Shown here: one piece after another, positions 21,472 through 30,560 of the stretch
How positions within the stretch are numbered: the first letter of the stretch is position 1
Layout: each line of letters begins with the position of its first letter
Origin: Niabella sp.
GTDB taxonomy: Bacteria > Bacteroidota > Bacteroidia > Chitinophagales > Chitinophagaceae
DNA: 35,316 bases
Assembly: GCA_035326385.1 (NCBI GenBank)
Contig: DAOLFI010000001.1
Coordinates: 1-35,316, forward strand
Direction: 5' to 3'
Notes under the pieces: model-generated
The model's database searches: none
What the model was told of the DNA's origin: nothing
What the model saw: the letters and a program-made list of their open reading frames with translations, nothing else
Program-made: the position numbers and the translations under genes

Positions 21472-21618
21472 AGTGCAAACGTTCAGCTAAGAATAAACTT
21501 TTTAACGATTGTAGATGTATATGCAGGCTATTCTCTGTCAGAAAAAGAGGATGAAAATTATGGCTGGAATGTCTTTATTATACTGCGCGCCTTGACAGAT
21601 GAAGCCTGTTTTACAATA

Positions 21619-24045
21619 TTAATTGGAAATATCATTATTATTAATACCCCGTTTATTTTTCTTAATATCTTCTTTCAGTCTTCCAAACTTGTAGTTAACG
21701 CTGAAGCCAAATCGCCTGAAATACTCCTGGCTGTTATTGATCTCTATAAAATTATAGGAGGTGATCTCTGTGCGGATGTTCCTGTATTTTGTAAACGGAT
21801 TGTTTATGTAAGCAGATAAGGTGAGTTTCTTATTTAATAAATTTTTACTCAGACTAAAGTTTGTTGCAACATAGCCATTTACAGTTCCCTGCACCTGGGC
21901 CGGAGCCAGATTCTTTCCATATACATAGACGGAAGCTCCAGCCAGCCAGTCATTATCGAATGTGTAGGTATTAGAAGAAGAGACGGTAAAAAGAATTTGC
22001 TGTGTTTTTATTTTATCATTATCAGTAAAGGTCTGTATCCAGAAGTTTGCCACGTTGCCATTCATGACCGTTCTTAATGCTTTGGTAATAGCGATATTAA
22101 AATTAGCGTTCAGGATCAGCGCATCAATTTTACCTGAGTTTTCGTAGGTGGTATAAGTGATTTTTGAAACGGTATCGTACCGTGAAGTTTTCAGGTCAAG
22201 GTTATTGGAAAAGGCATATGTGAGCCCGATATTCACAGCTTGTTTCTTATTAATACCATAACCTAAATCCAAACTATGCATCAGCGATGCCTTTAGGTTA
22301 GGGTTACCGTATTCTATAAAATTAGGATTGGCACGGTTTACAAAGGGGTTTAAGCGATTGATACCGGGGCGTTTTAAGCGCTGGTTATATCCCAGGTTCA
22401 GGTAGCTCCCGTTTTTATTATTTTTATTAATGACAATGGAGGGCACCAGGTTAAAATAATGGTTATTTATTGGGGTTGAAGTGCTGCTGAAAACAATGTA
22501 ATTAAAGGTTTGCTCCATCCTGGCACCGGCCTTGAATCCCCAGCTTTTTAATGCAAAAGAATAAGTATTGTAAGCTGAAAGTATAGACTGGCGATTTTCA
22601 AAAGCGTTCTGCTGTGCCGTATTATTCAGGAGCTGATCAATAACATCATCATATGGTGCAGTGCTGAACGAGCTGCTGTTGTTCCTGAAAATAGTTTTCA
22701 CACCGGCTTCCATTTTTACTTTTTTAATATTTTGCAGGTAATCCACCTGCCCCGTGTGCTCTATATAATCAGTATTGTTATGTTGGTTAAAATCGATGGC
22801 CGGATAATTGATCTCATCAAAGAAGCGGTTGTACATGGTACTATACGTTTTGTATTGCATATACCGGTACGAAACAGTTAATAGCTTCGATTTGTGTTTT
22901 TTAAACCCCAGCTGGTAATTCAGTCCACCGTCAAATCCGTTATTGTTTCCCCTGCTATTAACATACTGCCTGAACTGTTCCTGTATCTCATTTTGTTGGT
23001 GCAATAAGGAATACCTGTTGTTGTCTCCCTTTCTGTAAAAGCCATTGAAATTTAATTGCGCGGTAAGCAATTGGAGCGAGTCTAACTCATAGCTGAATTG
23101 AGAGCCAATATAACGGCCATTACTGTTCCCTTTATTATCTCCCGAAACTTCGAGCCGGGTATTTGGTGTTGTGCGAGAGGTAGTATTAGTAACAGAGGGG
23201 TTATAAGAAAGGTTGCCTCCACCATATAATTCGATACCCAGCTTTTTGTGTGTAGCCGTAAAAGAAAATCCTGTGCCCGAACCACCAGCGGGCGTGCTAC
23301 CATTAATATTGATACTTCCTTTATAACCTTCCCCAACCCTTTTATTGGTAACAATATTAATAACGCCGCCCAACCCTTCCGCATCATATTTTGAGGGAGG
23401 CGTTGTATAAACTTCAATGCCCTGGATGGTGGATGCAGGCAATGATTTTAAAAAGCTTTTGGGGTCGTTATCTACAAGGCCCGATGGCTTTCCGTTGATA
23501 AGGATGCGATAGCTGCTGTTGCCTTTGAGTGTAAGATTGTCCTGGCCATCTACAGACAGGTAGGGAACCTTACGCATTATTTCAAGTACATTCTGAAATT
23601 TACTTTCCGGATCCGCATCGGTATTATAAACCAGCTTATCTGTTTCGCGTTTTATCAAGGGCTTTGATGCAGTAACGGTTACACCCTGTAGCTCGGTTGC
23701 TTTGTTTGATAGCAGGATGGTCCCTAAATCAAGAACAGCGTTTTTTTCCTTCGCCCAATCAATACTTTTATTTGTGTTGTTGTAAGAGGTGCTTGTAACG
23801 GAAACGGCTGTTACCGATGCCTTCTCAATAGTAAATGCGAAGAGTCCTTGTTCATCTGCTGTCCGGGTACTTATCAGCGAATCGTTCTTAAAAAGGGTTA
23901 CGGTAGCCCAGGCAATGGGCTGCAGCAACGAATCCGCTACCCGGCCTCTTATCAAAACCGAATCGCTATTTTGAGCTTTTAATGCAGATGGAACAAAAGC
24001 AAAACAAAGGATCCACAAACAAAGTGCAGCGATTTTTTTCTTCAT
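21619..24045 (-). CDS. Outer-membrane beta-barrel family / TonB-dependent receptor-like protein
   Basis: Signal peptide from MKKKIAAL (ATG 24045), CarboxypepD-like domain, plug PPSKYDAEG.GGVINI, RP.I..LNPF, GNPNLK, ends SVNYKFGRLK. Confidence 0.85.
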   Translation of the reverse strand: MKKKIAALCLWILCFAFVPSALKAQNSDSVLIRGRVADSLLQPIAWATVTLFKNDSLISTRTADEQGLFAFTIEKASVTAVSVTSTSYNNTNKSIDWAKEKNAVLDLGTILLSNKATELQGVTVTASKPLIKRETDKLVYNTDADPESKFQNVLEIMRKVPYLSVDGQDNLTLKGNSSYRILINGKPSGLVDNDPKSFLKSLPASTIQGIEVYTTPPSKYDAEGLGGVINIVTNKRVGEGYKGSININGSTPAGGSGTGFSFTATHKKLGIELYGGGNLSYNPSVTNTTSRTTPNTRLEVSGDNKGNSNGRYIGSQFSYELDSLQLLTAQLNFNGFYRKGDNNRYSLLHQQNEIQEQFRQYVNSRGNNNGFDGGLNYQLGFKKHKSKLLTVSYRYMQYKTYSTMYNRFFDEINYPAIDFNQHNNTDYIEHTGQVDYLQNIKKVKMEAGVKTIFRNNSSSFSTAPYDDVIDQLLNNTAQQNAFENRQSILSAYNTYSFALKSWGFKAGARMEQTFNYIVFSSTSTPINNHYFNLVPSIVINKNNKNGSYLNLGYNQRLKRPGINRLNPFVNRANPNFIEYGNPNLKASLMHSLDLGYGINKKQAVNIGLTYAFSNNLDLKTSRYDTVSKITYTTYENSGKIDALILNANFNIAITKALRTVMNGNVANFWIQTFTDNDKIKTQQILFTVSSSNTYTFDNDWLAGASVYVYGKNLAPAQVQGTVNGYVATNFSLSKNLLNKKLTLSAYINNPFTKYRNIRTEITSYNFIEINNSQEYFRRFGFSVNYKFGRLKEDIKKNKRGINNNDISN

Positions 24046-24302
24046 AATAGGATGGTAAACAACAAACCTATGCACAAGAGGATATAAAAGAAATAGCCGG
24101 TCGGTAAACAGCAGTTTTGGAAGTGTAAAGCCGCTTTTAAGCAGGTACGATGGCCCGCTCCTTATAAAGAAGAAAAGATTCATTAAAGTATTTTTTGATT
24201 TTTAAAGGATAAAAACTCCCTGTATAGCAAATGCTATTGGTTTCAGCCAAAAATGAAACAATGGTGTATATAGTAAACGAGGAAAAGTAAAATACAGTAA
24301 GG

Positions 24303-24638
24303 CTATCCTTTTTTACTGCGCGAAGCGATCAAATAATACACTAAAAAACCTCCGGCAATAAAAACAGTTTCTATGCCCCAGGGAATGGCAGACTGCTGCC
24401 AATCAAATTGAAGATACCCTGTTAGGATAAGCCCGGCACCTCCGAAAAGCAGCAGGATACCCCATTTTAAAGAAGATAGATTGCTGGCTGCTCTTTTTAA
24501 CAATTGTAAATAATCAGCATCAAACTGGCCCGATTTGATTAAACGTCTTTTCAGTAAAAAATTCATAAACTCAATACCAACATTTGCAATGATAGCCACA
24601 ACAGCAACAATCATAAAGAAAGAAAGGATACCCTCCAT
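24303..24638 (-). CDS. Small membrane protein (DUF6249-like), divergent from the ECF sigma gene
   Basis: Three hydrophobic segments; LKWGILL..GGAGL and GGFLVYY patterns. Confidence 0.65.
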   Translation of the reverse strand: MEGILSFFMIVAVVAIIANVGIEFMNFLLKRRLIKSGQFDADYLQLLKRAASNLSSLKWGILLLFGGAGLILTGYLQFDWQQSAIPWGIETVFIAGGFLVYYLIASRSKKG

Positions 24639-24682
24639 TGTTTATATTTTTAATATCTGATCAATTATTATTTTAGTAAGTA

Positions 24683-24709
24683 GTCACGAAATGAAGACAA
24701 AAGGTTTCA
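24683..24709 (-). promoter_or_regulatory. ECF sigma-type promoter for the small membrane protein
   Basis: Minus strand TGAAACCTTTTGTCTTCATTTCGTGAC (-35 TGAAAC, -10 CGT); mirror copy at 24729. Confidence 0.75.
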
Positions 24710-24728
24710 GAAATATAAAAAATTTTCA

Positions 24729-24755
24729 TGAAACCTTTTCCCCGTTATTCGTGTC
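24729..24755 (+). promoter_or_regulatory. ECF sigma-type autoregulatory promoter
   Basis: TGAAACCTTTTCCCCGTTATTCGTGTC; same motif and spacing as the divergent copy. Confidence 0.75.
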
Positions 24756-24794
24756 CAATAAGGTTACGATATTTTTAATACGCAAAGCTGTTCA

Positions 24795-25343
24795 ATGTTT
24801 AATGAAAAAGAGGTGGTATCAAATGTGTTGAATGGCGATTTACAGGCATTCGGGCAGCTGGTTAAACAATATGAGCAATTTGTTTTTTATATCATAGACA
24901 AATTGATTGATAATGAAAATGACAAAGAAGACATTGCCCAGGAAGTATTTATAAAGATATATAACAACCTTGAAAAGTTTTCTTTTCACTCAAAATTATC
25001 AACATGGATCGCCAGCATTGCATACCGGACAGCGCTTAATCATGTAAGGGATTACAAAAAGTATGACAGGTGTATTACTAATGAAGTAAATGAAGCGTTT
25101 AGTTTTACAACAGAAACTCCCGAACAATTATCTGAGTATAAAGACATAAAGCAATACATTAATCAATTATTGGATGAAATGCCTGTTCCTTATAAAATTG
25201 TGATTGTTTTATATCACTTTAATGAATTGTCCTATAAAGAAATTGAAGCGGTCACAGGCATGCCGGAAGGAACAATTAAAACCAATCTTTTCAGGGCGAG
25301 AAAAATTTTAAAAGAAAAAATAAAGAACAATGGATTCTTTTGA
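24795..25343 (+). CDS. ECF family RNA polymerase sigma-70 factor (SigW-like)
   Basis: GDLQAFGQLV..Y, EDIAQEVFIK, STWIASIAY, LSYKEI....GMPEGTIKTNLFRAR. Confidence 0.93.
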   Translation: MFNEKEVVSNVLNGDLQAFGQLVKQYEQFVFYIIDKLIDNENDKEDIAQEVFIKIYNNLEKFSFHSKLSTWIASIAYRTALNHVRDYKKYDRCITNEVNEAFSFTTETPEQLSEYKDIKQYINQLLDEMPVPYKIVIVLYHFNELSYKEIEAVTGMPEGTIKTNLFRARKILKEKIKNNGFF

Positions 25344-25731
25344 AAAAGACATACAGGAACGGGTAGAAAAGCAATTTGATTCATTGAATGAAGATTCAAC
25401 CGATCTCAAGTTGTATAAAATGGTTTTTGATGTCTTAAATGAAAAAAGCAGCAAGGAGCCTTCGTATAGTTTTTCATTTAATATTATCCGTAGTATAAAA
25501 ACCAGGGAAAATTATAAGACCGATTTTAAATGGAACCTGCTTTTACTGTTGGCATTAGCGCTGATCACTGCTGTTTTATATGTAGCTGCATTTATTTATC
25601 ACAATGATATAGCAGAAAGTGTATTATTGTTTATTCAGAAATTCTGGGTGCAGCTTCTTTTTATATTATTTCTTTATTTTCTGGTTCAGTTTGTTGATAA
25701 GAAAATAGTGATTGAAAAAATGATGAGATAG
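25330..25731 (+). CDS. Membrane protein, putative anti-sigma factor
   Basis: Overlaps the sigma stop; soluble N-terminus followed by two TM helices. Confidence 0.6.
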   Translation: MDSFEKDIQERVEKQFDSLNEDSTDLKLYKMVFDVLNEKSSKEPSYSFSFNIIRSIKTRENYKTDFKWNLLLLLALALITAVLYVAAFIYHNDIAESVLLFIQKFWVQLLFILFLYFLVQFVDKKIVIEKMMR

Positions 25732-25751
25732 TTATTGTCCTTTGGTGTGCA

Positions 25752-27062
25752 TTATACTTTTGGCAATTGATACCCGTTATAATATTCCGCCATCAGGTAT
25801 TTTTTGTTGAGCTTTTCATCAGTAAATCTTTCCGCATTTTTATTCCAGGTCACTTTCTGCCCGCTACGGAAAGCAATATTACCCATTTGGCAAACAGTGG
25901 CAATATGCGCCCCGGTTTCAATAGGGCAGTTCAGGTCGTTTTGTTTGCGCGATCTCACGGCTGCTATAAAGTTTTCAGTGTGCTTATCCAGTCCGTTATC
26001 CGCAGGGCTTTTCCGCGGTATAGCTACTTTTCTCTCACTTCGTTTTTCTTCAATTACTTCCCAGCCGCCGCGGTCTAATTCAAGTGTTCCATTGTTACCA
26101 ATAAAAGCAAGACTGTGATCGCGTCCAAAATTGCCATTATCAATACCCATAGCATGGTCCCAGATAATATTAAAATTGTCAAACTCGTAAAGCGCGGTAA
26201 GTGTATCCGGTGTTTCCTGGTAAAGTTCAGGGTATGCAAATCTACCACCTAATGCAGACACTGTCTTAGGTACAGGAGCGTTCATTCCAAAGATCGCGTA
26301 ATCCATCAGGTGCACACCCCAATCAGTCATCAGCCCGCCTGCATAATCCCAGAACCAGCGAAAGTTAAAATGAAAGCGGCTGCTGTTAAAAGGCCGTGTT
26401 TTAGCCGGCCCAAGCCACAGTTTATAATCCACTCCTGCCGGAGGATTACTGTCTGCAACAACAGGCGCCGGTTTCATCCAGCCCTGGTAGCAGCAAACTT
26501 TTACGGTTCTTATATTGCCCAGTTGTCCGCTATGTACAAAATCAACCGCATCCCTGAAGTGCTGCTGGCTGCGCTGCCACTGGCCAGCCTGTACTATACG
26601 GTTATATTTTTTCTGAGCAGCTACCATGGCGCGGCATTCTTCTATTGAATTGCCCACAGGCTTTTCAACATACACATCTTTTCCTGCTTTTACTGCATCA
26701 ATCATCATCAGCGCATGCCAGTGATCGGGTGTGCCAATGATTACGGCATCTACATCTTTACTATCCAAAAGCTTACGATAGTCGCCATAACGTTTGATCC
26801 TGCCGGTATCAATATTCTTGCTGGTTAATTCAGCAAAGCGGTCATCTAAAACAGTTTGATCCACATCGCAAAGCGCAGTTAATTGTACGCCAGGTATTTT
26901 AAGCATGGACATAGTATTGGACCATCCCATTCCTTTTATCCCGATAACACCAATACGGATAATGTCTGATGCAGAGACCTTTTTGGCGCTGAAAGATTGA
27001 AGCGCAAGGCCGCCAAGGGTTAACGCCGAAGCATGGGCAAGAAATCGTCTTCTGGATGGCAT
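25752..27062 (-). CDS. Gfo/Idh/MocA family oxidoreductase with Tat signal
   Basis: SRRRFL Tat motif, IGVIGIKGMG, IGTPDHWH, DVYVEKP, WLGPA, GGLMTDWGVHLMD. Confidence 0.92.
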   Translation of the reverse strand: MPSRRRFLAHASALTLGGLALQSFSAKKVSASDIIRIGVIGIKGMGWSNTMSMLKIPGVQLTALCDVDQTVLDDRFAELTSKNIDTGRIKRYGDYRKLLDSKDVDAVIIGTPDHWHALMMIDAVKAGKDVYVEKPVGNSIEECRAMVAAQKKYNRIVQAGQWQRSQQHFRDAVDFVHSGQLGNIRTVKVCCYQGWMKPAPVVADSNPPAGVDYKLWLGPAKTRPFNSSRFHFNFRWFWDYAGGLMTDWGVHLMDYAIFGMNAPVPKTVSALGGRFAYPELYQETPDTLTALYEFDNFNIIWDHAMGIDNGNFGRDHSLAFIGNNGTLELDRGGWEVIEEKRSERKVAIPRKSPADNGLDKHTENFIAAVRSRKQNDLNCPIETGAHIATVCQMGNIAFRSGQKVTWNKNAERFTDEKLNKKYLMAEYYNGYQLPKV

Positions 27063-27099
27063 GAGTATGCTGTTTTTTCAAACTTACAGTAAAATACGG

Positions 27100-27663
27100 C
27101 TATTTCTGGTCTTTATTATATTTTTTCTCCGCTTCTTTTGCTTTCTCAAAATCAAGCACTACGCCGTTGATACAATAACGCAAACCGGTTGGGGGCGGAC
27201 CGTCATCAAACACATGACCCAGATGGGCTTCACAGCGGCCACATTGTACTTCGGTACGCACCATTCCGTGGCTTTTATCTTCTGAGTAAATAATACTTTT
27301 TTTACTGATGGGCTCGTAAAAGCTGGGCCAGCCGCAGCCACTGTCAAATTTGGTATCACTTTTAAACAACGGGTTACCGCAGGCTGCACAGTAGTAAGTA
27401 CCTATTTCTTTAAACTTTTCAAACTTACTGGTCCAGGGCCTTTCTGTGCCTTTCTGGCGGGCAATGTAATACACGTCTTCCGGCAATATCTTTTGCCACT
27501 CTTCATTGCTGAGCGTTACACCGGCAGTGTCGGTACGGGAGTAAACAGGATTGTTTTTGTTATTCATTGTAGTTGTGTCTTTATATCGGGATGATTTTGT
27601 TTGAGACTGGCATTGATGAAATAAGCAACAAATGCTGAATAATATGAAGAAGAAATATTTCAT
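27100..27663 (-). CDS. msrB: Peptide-methionine (R)-S-oxide reductase MsrB, exported
   Basis: GTERPW, CAACG..LFKSDTKFDSGCGWPSF, HGMVRTEV.C..C.AHLGHVFDDGP..TGLRYCIN; signal-like N-terminus from ATG 27663. Confidence 0.95.
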   Translation of the reverse strand: MKYFFFILFSICCLFHQCQSQTKSSRYKDTTTMNNKNNPVYSRTDTAGVTLSNEEWQKILPEDVYYIARQKGTERPWTSKFEKFKEIGTYYCAACGNPLFKSDTKFDSGCGWPSFYEPISKKSIIYSEDKSHGMVRTEVQCGRCEAHLGHVFDDGPPPTGLRYCINGVVLDFEKAKEAEKKYNKDQK

Positions 27664-27812
27664 ACCTGCTTTTAAAACAACTAAAAGTACTAAAAAGTTG
27701 CCTGTAATGCTAAAGTGATAGGACTTTGCCTTTTTTAGAAAAACCACATAAAAACCTGAAATATAGTTTTGCTACATTATATTTGTTAGCATATATCAAA
27801 CCAATTACATCA

Positions 27813-28394
27813 ATGTTCAATTTAGTTTTATTTGGCCCTCCCGGTAGCGGCAAGGGCACACAGGCATCCAGTCTTATAGAAAAGTATAAACTGGTGCATC
27901 TTTCCACAGGCGATCTGTTAAGAAGTGAAATTGCCAATAAAACCCCTTTAGGTTTAGAAGCAAAAAAAATAATGGATGCCGGCCAATTGGTTCCTGATGA
28001 AGTGGTAATAGGCATTATAGATAACTGCCTTGAAAAAAATGCAGATGCAAGAGGCTTTTTATTTGACGGGTTTCCCCGTACCCTGAACCAGGCAAAAGCA
28101 CTGGATAAATTATTAGATCTTAAGAAAACGAAGATAGATCTTGTTTTAGCATTGCAGGTAAATGAAGAAGAGCTGGTAAGGCGGTTACTGGAGCGTGGAA
28201 AAACTTCGGGCCGCTCTGATGATACCAGCGAGGAAGTGATCCGGAAAAGGTTCCAGGTGTACATTAATGATACAGAACCGGTAGCACAGCACTATAAAGA
28301 GCAGGATAAGTTTAAAGCCATTCCCGGTGAGGGCTCCATTGATGATATCTTCGGAGGCCTGAGTAAGGAAATAGACGAATATATGAGAGGATAA
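27813..28394 (+). CDS. adk: Adenylate kinase (short, LID-less type)
   Basis: MFNLVLFGPPGSGKGTQA, HLSTGDLLR, GFLFDGFPRT..QA, SGRSDD; start ATG 27813. Confidence 0.96.
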   Translation: MFNLVLFGPPGSGKGTQASSLIEKYKLVHLSTGDLLRSEIANKTPLGLEAKKIMDAGQLVPDEVVIGIIDNCLEKNADARGFLFDGFPRTLNQAKALDKLLDLKKTKIDLVLALQVNEEELVRRLLERGKTSGRSDDTSEEVIRKRFQVYINDTEPVAQHYKEQDKFKAIPGEGSIDDIFGGLSKEIDEYMRG

Positions 28395-28401
28395 AATAAA
28401 C

Positions 28402-28424
28402 AAAGCCCGCAAAAAGCGGGCTTT
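28402..28424. terminator. Bidirectional intrinsic terminator after adk
   Basis: AAAGCCCGC-AAAAA-GCGGGCTTT between convergent genes. Confidence 0.8.
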
Positions 28425-28435
28425 AATATTTGACT

Positions 28436-28476
28436 ATGGCCTGGCGATGCGCCGCCGTTCTGTGATTTGTTAGTTG
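28436..28476 (-). repeat. Collapsed remnant of the attC-like element
   Basis: GGCCTGGCGATG (identical to 32960-32971) fused to CGCCGCC (cf. 33163-33169), then TGTTAG next to the stop codon of the FGE gene. Confidence 0.55.
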
Positions 28477-28478
28477 GA

Positions 28479-29171
28479 TTATTTAATCCTGTTTCTGGCA
28501 ATTCTAAATCCAAGATCGTCAATTTTGAATTTTAACGGATGACTTCTTCTTCGGGTAGTTGCCATTACACTTCGTTCTTCATCACACCAACCGCCACCTC
28601 TGAAAATACGATATGAGCCATACACTTCCGTATCGTATAAGTCCGAACACCACTCCCAAACGTTACCCAACATATCGTAAAGTCCCCAAGCATTTGGCTT
28701 TTTCTGTCCTACTTTATGAGTTGTTTGTTCCGAATTGTTTTTATACCAGGCGATCCCATCTAATTTATCGTATCTGATTTCTGATGTTCCGGCTTTACAG
28801 GCATATTCCCATTCTGCCTCGGTTGGCAAACGAAATCCATTAGCTGTTTGGTCAAAGACAATTTCTTCTTTATGCTCGCTCAAGGAGTAGCAAGGTTTTT
28901 GACCTGATTTTTCAGATAACAGATTGCAAAAGATTACTGCTTCTTTCCAGGTAACGGTTTCAACAGGTAGCCTGTTGCCTGTAAAAGTACTTGGTGTTTC
29001 TTTTGTAATTTCAAAATAAATATCCTGTGTTACGGGAAATTTTGCGAGTAAAAAAGGTTTGATATTGACAGACCATTTTTCTTTTGTTCTGTCATCACGC
29101 AATTCAATTTTTCCGCCCGGTATTTCTACCATTTCGTCGTTTATAGCAGAGCTTAAAATATCGGTGTTCAT
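28479..29171 (-). CDS. Formylglycine-generating enzyme (SUMF1/EgtB/PvdO) family protein
   Basis: PVETVTWKEA..FCN, FRLPTEAEWEYAC, PNAWGLYDMLGNVWEWC, RGGGW, LGFRIAR. Confidence 0.92.
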   Translation of the reverse strand: MNTDILSSAINDEMVEIPGGKIELRDDRTKEKWSVNIKPFLLAKFPVTQDIYFEITKETPSTFTGNRLPVETVTWKEAVIFCNLLSEKSGQKPCYSLSEHKEEIVFDQTANGFRLPTEAEWEYACKAGTSEIRYDKLDGIAWYKNNSEQTTHKVGQKKPNAWGLYDMLGNVWEWCSDLYDTEVYGSYRIFRGGGWCDEERSVMATTRRRSHPLKFKIDDLGFRIARNRIK

Positions 29172-29225
29172 TTGTTTGACAATGCTTTTATTGCTCCCGG
29201 TTAAGAAGCTGCAAAGTTAATCTGG

Positions 29226-29633
29226 TCATTTATAATGTCCAAGTTGAATAAGCCCGTTCAGGTTGTCGTATTCAACCCAGGTTTCTTTTATCAGCCCGTT
29301 CACTACACGGAAAAAGCAATTAAAGCACGCGTCTAATTTTTTACCGGTTGGCGGGTAGTCCCCTAATTTTCCATATTGAGTGCCTGAAAAGTGTATTCTT
29401 GCTGCTACCAGCTCTTCTTCTTCAATAATGAGCAGGATGTTTTCACGCATGTCTGGAAAGGTTTCTAACTCTTGCTTGTGAAAATCAATCAATGCAGCAT
29501 TAGAAATAATTTCATAAGGAAATGAAGAGCTATGTCTGATAAAGTCCAGATGCGTTAGCTCCAAAACTCTTTCCCAGTTTTTTGAGTTGGTTGCTTCAAT
29601 AAATTCGCTTATAATTTCTTTGTTCGTTTTCAT
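29226..29633 (-). CDS. SnoaL-like ester cyclase (NTF2 fold)
   Basis: FPDM...I..II.EEELVAAR..FSGTQ.G..G.YPPTGKK; FRVVNGLIKETW. Confidence 0.85.
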   Translation of the reverse strand: MKTNKEIISEFIEATNSKNWERVLELTHLDFIRHSSSFPYEIISNAALIDFHKQELETFPDMRENILLIIEEEELVAARIHFSGTQYGKLGDYPPTGKKLDACFNCFFRVVNGLIKETWVEYDNLNGLIQLGHYK

Positions 29634-29669
29634 TTTTTATCGGTTTCTCTTACAATGACCGCTAACACC

Positions 29670-29677
29670 CAAACTTA
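29670..29677 (-). promoter_or_regulatory. Sigma-A -7 box, 3 nt upstream of a cassette-start GTTAGCGG
   Basis: Minus strand TAAGTTTG-GGT-GTTAGCGGTCATT. Confidence 0.6.
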
Positions 29678-29682
29678 TACTA

Positions 29683-30129
29683 TTATATGTAATTTCCAGC
29701 CATTGAAAATATTTGTGTCGTTCGTTTTGGGTTTGTCAAGCAGAGGTCTTTTATGGCTTTGAAAATACACTCATACTCCTTGCGTGGAAATTTTAGGTTA
29801 TGCAGTTCTGAAAAGGTAAACCAACCAAGTTCTTGATGCTCTTCGGACTGTTTGTTCTCAATTGTTCCTTTCCACTTCGTTATGTTAAAAATACAAAGTC
29901 CTATTGCTTCATCTGGTTGTTCAATAAAAAATACTTTTTGAAAAGTCAAAACATCAATGCCAATTTCTTCTTTTATTTCTCTTATTAAAGCCTTTTCGTA
30001 GCTCTCGTCCGCTTCACAGTTGCCACCGATAAAATCCCAAACATCAGGATAAAGAATTTTGTTTTTACTTCTTAATCCCAAAAGTATTTTACCGTTTTTT
30101 AAAATAAAGCCTGCTGAGTATTTTTTCAT
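29683..30129 (-). CDS. NUDIX hydrolase
   Basis: Nudix box GGNCEADESYEKALIREIKEEIGI; start ATG 30129 overlaps the DoxX stop (ATGA). Confidence 0.88.
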   Translation of the reverse strand: MKKYSAGFILKNGKILLGLRSKNKILYPDVWDFIGGNCEADESYEKALIREIKEEIGIDVLTFQKVFFIEQPDEAIGLCIFNITKWKGTIENKQSEEHQELGWFTFSELHNLKFPRKEYECIFKAIKDLCLTNPKRTTQIFSMAGNYI

Positions 30130-30494
30130 TTTATATATGTTCTTCCATAAGCTATAAAAATACAAATAGCAAAGAGCAAAACATTGGTAAGAACATTTTG
30201 GGCTTCTTTTCTTTTGTAATGTATTATTGCTGCAAACGGCATAATGAAAGCCAGGCACAATGCAGATAGAGGTGTTAACCAAACGGAAATGTTCAAGCAC
30301 ATAGGGGCAATCAATGCTATTACACCGGCTATTTCCGAAATGCCAATGAATTTTATAAATACCGGACGAAGCCCTTCAACGCCTGTTTGTCCTTTTGCTA
30401 CTAATCTTTTTTCTGATAATAATAATTTGCATACTCCTGAATAGAGAAAAGCAAGGGCAGCAAGTATTTGTAAAAGCCAAAGAATGGTATTCAT
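30126..30494 (-). CDS. DoxX-like membrane protein
   Basis: LWLLQILAALAFLYSG..K, FIGISEIAG, LTPLSALCL, AAIIH..RKE. Confidence 0.85.
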   Translation of the reverse strand: MNTILWLLQILAALAFLYSGVCKLLLSEKRLVAKGQTGVEGLRPVFIKFIGISEIAGVIALIAPMCLNISVWLTPLSALCLAFIMPFAAIIHYKRKEAQNVLTNVLLFAICIFIAYGRTYIK

Positions 30495-30560
30495 CTTTTA
30501 TTAGTTTTTGCTTATTAAACTCCTGCGAATTGGCTTCCTGTAAACCTCCGGAAAGTTTTA

